64,000 nucleotides of DNA from a candidate division WWE3 bacterium (GTDB taxonomy: Bacteria > Patescibacteriota > WWE3 > UBA101185 > UBA10185). A model generated the notes under the pieces. That model was given only the letters and a program-made list of their open reading frames with translations. It was not told the DNA's origin and made no database searches. The DNA is taken from positions 366,773-430,772 of the forward strand of contig JBPOHV010000001.1 in NCBI GenBank assembly GCA_052035175.1, in the 5' to 3' direction. Made by a program: the position numbers and the translations under genes. Positions 19,787 to 26,912 of the stretch are shown here, one piece after another. Within the stretch, counting starts at the first letter, position 1, and each line of letters begins with the position of its first letter.

Positions 19787-19796
19787 GTTTTTTAAA

Positions 19797-19817
19797 AGGC
19801 TAAGCCGGGCCTAGCCC
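19797..19817. repeat. GC-rich palindromic element AGGCTAAGCC-GGG-CCTAGCCC
   Basis: Same family. Lies on the other side of the methyltransferase gene. Confidence 0.7.
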
Positions 19818-20122
19818 TTATACCGATACTTCTCGATATCAATATTAAAATCTTCATCTACGATTATACCTTCTTCAAGAAGTCTTTCTTTTTGGTCTAG
19901 TGCGTTATAGTGTGAACCTTTGATGCTTATGCGTCCGGAATTATTTATTATTCTCCACCAAGGTACTTCGGTTTTACCTTCTAGTTTGTTTAATATCCAC
20001 CCAACTTGGCGCGCAGCACGAGGTGAGTCTGCCAATAACGCAACTTGCCCATAGCTAGCGACTGTGCCAAAGGGAATTGAATTTACTATTTGAATTACTT
20101 TTTGTTTAAACGAAATCTGCAT
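19811..20122 (-). CDS. atl: Alkyltransferase-like protein (ATL; MGMT DNA-binding domain with Cys->Trp)
   Basis: 103 aa: SYGQVALLADSPRAARQVGWILN...VPWWRIINNSGRI. Corresponds to the PCHRV motif of O6-alkylguanine methyltransferases with Trp replacing the acceptor Cys, as in E. coli YbaZ/Atl (PWHRV). Confidence 0.75.
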   Translation of the reverse strand: MQISFKQKVIQIVNSIPFGTVASYGQVALLADSPRAARQVGWILNKLEGKTEVPWWRIINNSGRISIKGSHYNALDQKERLLEEGIIVDEDFNIDIEKYRYKG

Positions 20123-20184
20123 GATTAATTATATCCCACAACCGCAATACATTCGGGTTTTGTTTGTCTTGACTGTGGAACTCA

Positions 20185-20225
20185 AATGGTAGATATTGGA
20201 TATTACATGGTGACTATTGGTGAAA
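20185..20225 (+). promoter_or_regulatory. Putative MraZ operator: four TGG(T/A) direct repeats at 10-11 bp spacing upstream of mraZ
   Basis: TGGTAGATAT TGGATATTACA TGGTGACTAT TGGTGAAAT. The nearest TTGACT is at 20169-20174; exact promoter placement is unclear. Confidence 0.45.
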
Positions 20226-20245
20226 TTTTAGTAGGGCAATAAAAT

Positions 20246-20656
20246 ATGAAAATGTTTTTGGGGGAATATAACCCAAATATTACAGAAGGCTCGCGAATAG
20301 CCCTACCAAAAAAAATCAGAGAGCAGGTCAGTGGTGATGTAGTCATTATGTCTAAAGGCTTTGAAAAGTGTATACACATCTACGATCGAGAAGATTGGAC
20401 AGTGCAAGCACAAAAGCAAATTGAAAATTTAAAAAACACGAGCAAAGTAAGCGATCTAGAAAGGTATTTATTTGCTTCAGCCGTAGAGGTAGCAATAGAC
20501 GCGCAAGGTAGAGTAGTCGTACCTCAACAGTTACTCGATTATGCTGGCGCAAAAAAGAATCTTGCTGTTGTTGGTGTAGGTGATCGCGTTGAAGTTTGGG
20601 ATAAAGAAACATGGTCAGCTTACTACGAAAAAATTTCTGCCAAATTGTCGGAATAG
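20246..20656 (+). CDS. mraZ: Transcriptional regulator MraZ
   Basis: Starts MFLGEYNPNI...IALPKKIRE. Two MraZ repeats. Precedes rsmH. Confidence 0.85.
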   Translation: MKMFLGEYNPNITEGSRIALPKKIREQVSGDVVIMSKGFEKCIHIYDREDWTVQAQKQIENLKNTSKVSDLERYLFASAVEVAIDAQGRVVVPQQLLDYAGAKKNLAVVGVGDRVEVWDKETWSAYYEKISAKLSE

Positions 20657-20659
20657 CTT

Positions 20660-21553
20660 ATGGATTATCATAAGCCAGTATTATTGGCAGAAAGTCTAGG
20701 GTTTCTCCAGGTGTCTCCAGGAGACTCCTTTATAGATGCAACGCTTGGTGATGCAGGACATACAATTGAAATTTTGAAATTGGGTGGAAAAGTTTGGGGT
20801 TTTGATGTAGATGCAGAAGCTCTGCAAAGAGCTACGGCAAGAATCGAAAGCCTTGGTTTAAGTAAAAACTTTGTAGGTGTTAACGAGAACTTTAAAAATA
20901 TAGATGCTATTGCTACTCAAATGAACATTGGTCTCGTAAATGGGATCATATTTGACCTTGGGTATAGCTCATATCAGTTGGATGATGCACAGATGGGTTT
21001 GACCTTTTTGCAAGATCAGCCACTGGATATGCGCTTGGACAAAAAGAATTTGAGCGTCACGGCTGCTGATTTGGTAAATATGTTACCTGAAAAGCAACTG
21101 AGTTCCTTGATAAGGGGCTTTTCTGATGAAAAATTTGCAAACAAGATTGCGCATGCAATAGTTGAACGTCGTAAGGTGGAGAAGCTGCAGACAACAATGC
21201 AACTAAAAAGACTCATTGAGTCTGCGACTTCTCCAGGTTATGAGCACGGTCGTATTAATCCAGCTACGCGGACTTTTCAAGCTCTGCGCATCGCTGTAAA
21301 TGACGAACTAGGTAATCTGGAAACGTCACTGCCTCGGGCTGCGCGATTGTTACTGCCTGGCGGAAGAATGTTGGTTATAAGCTTTCATTCTTTGGAGGAC
21401 AAAGTGGTCAAAGATTTTGGTCACTCCGCGCAGCCCATGATAAATATTGTGACCAAAAAACCGGTCGTAGCTACAGAGACCGAAGTACGTGAAAATAATC
21501 GCTCTCGTAGTGCAAAATTACGAGTTTTTGAAAAAACAAATGAAAAATATTAA
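20660..21553 (+). CDS. rsmH: 16S rRNA m4C1402 methyltransferase RsmH
   Basis: HKPVLLAESL...FIDATLGDAGHT and FHSLEDKVVK motifs. Confidence 0.9.
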   Translation: MDYHKPVLLAESLGFLQVSPGDSFIDATLGDAGHTIEILKLGGKVWGFDVDAEALQRATARIESLGLSKNFVGVNENFKNIDAIATQMNIGLVNGIIFDLGYSSYQLDDAQMGLTFLQDQPLDMRLDKKNLSVTAADLVNMLPEKQLSSLIRGFSDEKFANKIAHAIVERRKVEKLQTTMQLKRLIESATSPGYEHGRINPATRTFQALRIAVNDELGNLETSLPRAARLLLPGGRMLVISFHSLEDKVVKDFGHSAQPMINIVTKKPVVATETEVRENNRSRSAKLRVFEKTNEKY

Positions 21554-21875
21554 ATTTAAATCGCGAATATCTTCAGAATCTAAATACCCCAAAGTATTTG
21601 TGTTTTCACTTGGCTTTTTTATTCTGAGCCTAACTTTGCAAGTAATCTTCTCAAATTTTATTGCAGTTAAGTCTTCACAACTTACCGAACAATATGCAAA
21701 GAAAACAGCTTTAGAAAAAGAAATAGCTGCAATGGAATATCAAGATTCAGTTTTGTCTTCGCTTAGTAATGTAGAAGAAAGGGCTTTAGCCTTGGGATTT
21801 TCGACATTTAATCAAAACGTTATAGCTTTAAACATTTCTTTGCCCAATACTTTGGCTTCTGCTGGCCTAAGATGA
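21540..21875 (+). CDS. ftsL: Cell division protein FtsL-like (small bitopic membrane protein)
   Basis: Sits between rsmH and ftsI. Single TM (VFVFSLGFFILSLTLQVIF) followed by a coiled-coil region. Start set at ATG 21540, overlapping the rsmH stop. Confidence 0.5.
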   Translation: MKNIKFKSRISSESKYPKVFVFSLGFFILSLTLQVIFSNFIAVKSSQLTEQYAKKTALEKEIAAMEYQDSVLSSLSNVEERALALGFSTFNQNVIALNISLPNTLASAGLR

Positions 21876-23659
21876 TCAGAAAACTTTCCGATAAAAACAA
21901 CTTAAATGCGTGTGATTCTAGAATTAATTTATTTTTGTATGTAAGTATTTTTGGCTTTTTTATTCTTTTTTTGCGTTTAGTTTATATACAGATTATTTTA
22001 CATAAAGATCTCGAAGCAGAAGCATTGGATCAACATTGGGCTTTGCAGGATATTCCAGCAAAACGTGGAAGTATTATTACAAGTGATGGTTATACTTTGG
22101 CTGGAACACAAACGCATTACTTACTCTACGCTGAACCAAAAACAATACAAGATCGTGAAGCTGTAGTAAAAGCTTTGACTGCAAATCTGAGTGAGTATAG
22201 AAAAGATGTAAAGCTAGAAATTTCATTAGAAGAATATTTTGAAACTAAAATAAATAGAGCATTGTCGCAAGATCTGTTATGGGTAGCTTTAGAACACAAT
22301 ATTACGCCTTCACAAAAAGTAGAACTAGAAAATCTTAATATAAAAGGTCTTGGTTTTGTAGAAGAACCAGTAAGATATTATCCAGAAGGCTCGATGGCTT
22401 CTCATGTGCTTGGTTTTGTTGCTAGCGACGAACGCGGCGAGAAAAAAGGGTATTTTGGTATCGAAGGTAAATTGGATCAAGAGCTGAAAGGCAAACCGGG
22501 TAAAATTTTACAAGAAAAAGATGCCTTGGGGTTACCAATTTTAACTGGTGGTTATGAAAAGAGTTCTTCTATTGCAGGTCGAGATATAGTTTTAACTTTA
22601 AATAGATCTATACAATATATGGTAGAGAAGCGATTGAAAGAAAGTGTAGAAAAGTATGATGCAGTTTCTGGGACAGTCATAGTAATGGACCCCTTTTCAG
22701 GAAATATATTGGCTATGGCAAATTATCCAAACTATATGCCTGATGACTTTTTATCTCATGAAGAAGTTTTAGAAGATTCTCCTCATCGAAAAAATATAGA
22801 AAAGCGGAATCTGGCTATTTCTGATACGTATGAACCTGGATCGGTTATAAAGCCAATAACAGTGTCAACTGCTCTGGATAAGGGTTTGGTAACACCTTTG
22901 TCTACGTTTAATGATGAAGGGCCAGTTAAGTATTCTGATTATGTCATCGACAATTGGGACGGCAAACATCATGGAGTACAAAATATTATTCAGCTTCTTC
23001 AAAAATCAAATAATATTGGCGCAGCTTGGGTGGGAAGTTTGGTAGGCGCTAAAGATTTGTATGACTCTTTTAAAAAATTTGGTCTAGATGAAAAAACTGG
23101 TATAGAGCTTGAAGGAGAAGATTCTGGTGTATTTCGTGATCCAAAAATATGGACTGACATAGATATTGCTACAGTTGCTTTTGGTCAAGGTATGTCATCT
23201 ACGCCATTGCAAGTTTTGAATGCGTTTAATGTGGTAGCCAATGGTGGTTATTTGGTGCAACCTAGAATTGTTCATAAAATACTAGATGGTGATAAAGAAA
23301 TTGTTACATCTGTAAAGCAAATTCGTCAGGTTATTTCGGAACAAACTTCTGTACAAATGATTGATCTATTGACTCAAGCCGCCGAAGGCGGCGAGGCAAA
23401 GTATTTTGTTCTCAAAAATTATAAGGTTGCTGGCAAAACTGGGACTGCGCAAATCCCTTTTGAAGGTAAATACGACCCTACAAAGACAAATGCTACTTTT
23501 GTGGGATTTCTACCTACATCAAAGAAGTTTTCAATGTTAGTAAAACTTCAAGAACCTAGAGCAAGTATTTATGCAGCCGAAACTGCCGCACCATTGTGGA
23601 TGAGTATTGCTTCAGATTTGATTAATTATTATGGACTTCCTCCTGATTCGACTCAGTAG
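21872..23659 (+). CDS. ftsI: Peptidoglycan D,D-transpeptidase FtsI / class B PBP
   Basis: N-terminal TM, SXXK (SVIKP), SXN (KSNNIG) and KTGT (AGKTGTA) motifs. Confidence 0.85.
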   Translation: MIRKLSDKNNLNACDSRINLFLYVSIFGFFILFLRLVYIQIILHKDLEAEALDQHWALQDIPAKRGSIITSDGYTLAGTQTHYLLYAEPKTIQDREAVVKALTANLSEYRKDVKLEISLEEYFETKINRALSQDLLWVALEHNITPSQKVELENLNIKGLGFVEEPVRYYPEGSMASHVLGFVASDERGEKKGYFGIEGKLDQELKGKPGKILQEKDALGLPILTGGYEKSSSIAGRDIVLTLNRSIQYMVEKRLKESVEKYDAVSGTVIVMDPFSGNILAMANYPNYMPDDFLSHEEVLEDSPHRKNIEKRNLAISDTYEPGSVIKPITVSTALDKGLVTPLSTFNDEGPVKYSDYVIDNWDGKHHGVQNIIQLLQKSNNIGAAWVGSLVGAKDLYDSFKKFGLDEKTGIELEGEDSGVFRDPKIWTDIDIATVAFGQGMSSTPLQVLNAFNVVANGGYLVQPRIVHKILDGDKEIVTSVKQIRQVISEQTSVQMIDLLTQAAEGGEAKYFVLKNYKVAGKTGTAQIPFEGKYDPTKTNATFVGFLPTSKKFSMLVKLQEPRASIYAAETAAPLWMSIASDLINYYGLPPDSTQ

Positions 23660-24659
23660 TTGGCAGCGGTTGTGGTATGTTATTTAAATAATCGCTTAAT
23701 TCTTTTGAAAATTTAGTAAATCCATCTGGCTGTTCATCTAATACCCACGCACCACCATAGTTTTCCATTGGTGGATTAAAGACATAGTCACCATCTAGGA
23801 AAAATGACTGAATTTCATATTTATCTTTGTCTTTATAAAAATCCCATAGGTATTTTGCATCATCAAGCTGTAAGTTAGTGTCCATCTTATTGGTAGTGAC
23901 CATTGTTAATGCTTTCTCAACATTCATAGGATTAAACAAGCTTTGTGGTTGGACGACTGCCTGGAGCATCCCTTTTAAAATAAGATGCTGGCGTTTCATA
24001 CGCATCCAATCGCTACCCTCCCCGTTATTGCCTTTGCGTGATCTTGCATAAATCAATGCCTTTTCACCAGTTAAAACCGTAGGTCCTTGTATAAAATTAA
24101 TGGTTTGATAACCATGTGTTGCGTCGACAGGGTATTGTGTATCTGTAAATGATGTTTCTACAGTAACAGGCACCCCTCCCATAGAGTCTACTATCCAGGA
24201 GAAATCTGCAAAATCAGTCAGGACAAATTTTTGTGGTCGTATTCCTGTAAACTTTTCAAAAGCGTCTTGCATACCTATAAAGTCTTCGGCTACATATACG
24301 GCATTGATCCTACCGCTGTGGTACCACAGATCTCGTGGCACTGATACCATAGCGACTTTATTAGTTTTTTTATTTACTATCAGCGAAATCATTATATCTG
24401 TGCGATATGCTGTTTCTTCACGACTGCGACGATCTATACCGAGCAAAAGTATATTTATAATATCGTTGTTAGCGAGTTCTGAGTTTGGCTTGGGTTGTAT
24501 TGGCGTTTTTAGCTCGTCAACGGCTGCTACTAGTTTATTAGCAAATGGGCTAATGATTTCGGCAGTGGCGTTTTGCTGAGTTTGTTTAACATATATCCAA
24601 GTACCACCTAATATAAGCGTCACGATAAGAAGCGCGATCAGTAGTGTTTTTAAACCCAT
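23622..24659 (-). CDS. LytR-CpsA-Psr (LCP) family cell-wall glycopolymer phosphotransferase
   Basis: N-terminal TM and LLLGIDRRSREETAYRTDIMISLIVNKKTNKVAMVSVPRDLW, the LCP core. Convergent 38-bp overlap with ftsI. Confidence 0.85.
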   Translation of the reverse strand: MGLKTLLIALLIVTLILGGTWIYVKQTQQNATAEIISPFANKLVAAVDELKTPIQPKPNSELANNDIINILLLGIDRRSREETAYRTDIMISLIVNKKTNKVAMVSVPRDLWYHSGRINAVYVAEDFIGMQDAFEKFTGIRPQKFVLTDFADFSWIVDSMGGVPVTVETSFTDTQYPVDATHGYQTINFIQGPTVLTGEKALIYARSRKGNNGEGSDWMRMKRQHLILKGMLQAVVQPQSLFNPMNVEKALTMVTTNKMDTNLQLDDAKYLWDFYKDKDKYEIQSFFLDGDYVFNPPMENYGGAWVLDEQPDGFTKFSKELSDYLNNIPQPLPTTESNQEEVHNN

Positions 24660-24838
24660 TTAAAAATTGTACGCCACCTCTGTGTAGTCCAACAAGTGCG
24701 AAGTCTAACTCCTAACTTAGCAGTCACTATTTGGTCACATAGTAGGGACATGGTAACAGAGCCTATAGTATATGATAAATTTAACAATTTAACTTAGTCA
24801 GCCTTTATAGGCTGACTTAAAACTATAGGAGAAATCTC

Positions 24839-25087
24839 ATGCTATCTGAAATCGCAACAAAAATGCTCCGGAGCGGAAATCCACTCCAAATGACTACAGC
24901 TGTCATTCTCGTAATGGATGAGCTGTATAGCGCATTGCGCGACCTGCAGAAAAAGGAACACCTTTCAAGTAAAGTTCTTTTGGGATTTGCAAAGCAGCAA
25001 TTGCAGATTGCAGACGCCCTTGGATTTACTGTCCACAGTTGTCGTGTCACTCCCTTAGAAGCATCGGATCCCGTATCCGAACAATAA
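24839..25087 (+). CDS. small hypothetical protein (82 aa) with strong SD
   Basis: AGGAG 7 nt upstream of the ATG. GC-richer than its surroundings. Preceded by the hairpin GTCAGCCTTTATAGGCTGAC. Confidence 0.35.
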   Translation: MLSEIATKMLRSGNPLQMTTAVILVMDELYSALRDLQKKEHLSSKVLLGFAKQQLQIADALGFTVHSCRVTPLEASDPVSEQ

Positions 25088-25640
25088 ACTGTTTGAGCTG
25101 CCTATACGACAGCTTAGCAAGGTATTAACATACAGTTAGTCCGATAAGTTTACTTATCAGATTTTCCGAAACCTTGCCATTTCAAAATGACTTACCGCGT
25201 ACCTCGGATCTGTCCTTGATAGGGACAGTCCTTTGAATCATATGTACCTCTTTTAGTTAGTAAAGAAAATATTTTTCTGGTCTTAATATTGTTATTTACA
25301 CTAATTAACCTTAACGATTATTCGGAAGATCTGTTCTGTATTCTCATAAACTGTTATGTTGTTTTCTAGGCGGTATAAGAATTATTCATAAGCTTTATCG
25401 TCATCAACTTGTTTAGGTATTTAGCTTTTTTGTTAGTTTGCAGCTTGTTTTATCTGCATCTACATATGTACTTGTAAAACTATGGGCATAATGCCTATTT
25501 ATAAGAATTTCCATAGATATCACATATCGATTTAGATTTACAAAAGGTACAGATCTATAGAAGTACAGTACTTGGTGAGGACAGATCCCTTAGCAGAATC
25601 CCCTCTTGCATGGGGGAAAGCATTTGTGTACCATCTATGT

Positions 25641-26048
25641 ATGCCAGGTGGAAAAAAAATATTAATAGTAGAAGACGATGTGAATTTTTATAACTTAGTT
25701 CGTACAGCTCTTGAACTTAAGGGCTATAACATAGTACATGTTTCAAACGGTATGGAAGCTGTATCTCGTATAAGAGAAGAAATGCCAGACTTAGTTCTCT
25801 TGGATATTGTTATGCCAGGAGCAAGTGGTCTAGACATTTTACAAGAATTGAAAGGTACAGATGATACTAAAGGTTTGAAAGTTGTAATGCTTACAAACTT
25901 TGGAACTGATGAAAATGTTAATAGAGCGATGGGATTAGGAGCAGAAGACTATTTTATGAAATATAACGTAGTGCCCACGGAACTTCCAGATAAAATAGCG
26001 ACATATTTGGGAGAGGTACCGTCTTCTGGAGTATCAGTAACGAACTAA
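25641..26048 (+). CDS. Single-domain response regulator (receiver only, CheY-like)
   Basis: KKILIVEDD...LLDIVMPGASGL...KVVMLTNFG receiver motifs with no output domain. Start chosen at internal ATG 25641. Confidence 0.8.
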   Translation: MPGGKKILIVEDDVNFYNLVRTALELKGYNIVHVSNGMEAVSRIREEMPDLVLLDIVMPGASGLDILQELKGTDDTKGLKVVMLTNFGTDENVNRAMGLGAEDYFMKYNVVPTELPDKIATYLGEVPSSGVSVTN

Positions 26049-26057
26049 AAACAACGA

Positions 26058-26846
26058 ATGGATTTCATAACTGCCTTATTGACAATACAGACGTTAGTCA
26101 TTGGATTGCTTATATTCGTAATTGTGTTCGTTTTGAATCATCCTTCATATAAAAACTATAAAAAACACGATCGCGAACGTGATCAATTTATTGCCATGCT
26201 TGTACATGAGTTGCGCTCACCTTTGTCTATCATTCGAGGTTCTTGTGACCTTTTGGTTAAAGAGGCATACAATCTTTCTCAAGATCAAATTAAAAACATG
26301 CTTAATCAGTTAGGTGATTCTGCAAAGTTGATGCTAGATATTGTGAACGATCTACTTGATGTATCCAAAATTGAGTCTGGAAAATTCGAAATTTTGAAAG
26401 AAGCTGGTGATCTAAATAATATTATAAAAGAAGAAGCTGGTTATTTTTCTGTTTTAGCCGATAAGAAAAGCATTAAACTTAATGTTTTTCTAGATTCGAG
26501 TATTTCATCGTGTAAATTTGATACAGAGCGTTTAAAACAAGTAATGAACAATCTTTTATCAAATGCTATCAAGTTTACAGATACTGAAGGTGTAGTTATT
26601 GTTAGTAGTAAAAAAGTTGGGTCTTCTGCCCGCATAGAAGTAGCTGATACTGGTATTGGCGTACCTCCAGAACAAAAAGTAAAACTGTTTCACAAATTTT
26701 CTCAAATACCCAATGGCACACATGAGAAAGGTACCGGTTTGGGGCTTGTTGTAGCCAAAGGGATTGTCGAGGCACATGGTGGGAAGATTTGGGTTGAAGA
26801 CAACCAACCAAAGGGCTCTAAGTTTGTTTTTACACTTCCCTTATAA
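26058..26846 (+). CDS. Sensor histidine kinase (membrane anchor + HisKA + HATPase_c, no sensor domain)
   Basis: H-box LVHELRSPLSII; N, G1 and G2 boxes (NLLSNAIKFT, DTGIGV, GTGLGL). Confidence 0.85.
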   Translation: MDFITALLTIQTLVIGLLIFVIVFVLNHPSYKNYKKHDRERDQFIAMLVHELRSPLSIIRGSCDLLVKEAYNLSQDQIKNMLNQLGDSAKLMLDIVNDLLDVSKIESGKFEILKEAGDLNNIIKEEAGYFSVLADKKSIKLNVFLDSSISSCKFDTERLKQVMNNLLSNAIKFTDTEGVVIVSSKKVGSSARIEVADTGIGVPPEQKVKLFHKFSQIPNGTHEKGTGLGLVVAKGIVEAHGGKIWVEDNQPKGSKFVFTLPL

Positions 26847-26912
26847 TACATTCACAAATTTTAATAGATATTCTGCTAGACAATATAACTTAATTGCTAG
26901 TATCATCTACGT

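Noticed and set aside
24660-25640. Possible tmRNA or RNase P RNA in the long noncoding stretch
   Set aside because: I looked for the tmRNA 5' GGGG...GGATTCGACGGG / 3' TCC-CCA-acceptor, an ANDENYALAA-like tag, and the RNase P GGAAAGTCCGG / ACAGAAA cores on both strands and found none. The region is kept only as a generic ncRNA candidate.
25572-25640. N-terminal 23-aa extension of the response regulator
   Set aside because: The receiver domain begins at MPGGKKILIVEDD, and ATG 25641 gives a canonical ~135-aa CheY-like protein. The upstream extension has no SD or functional logic.
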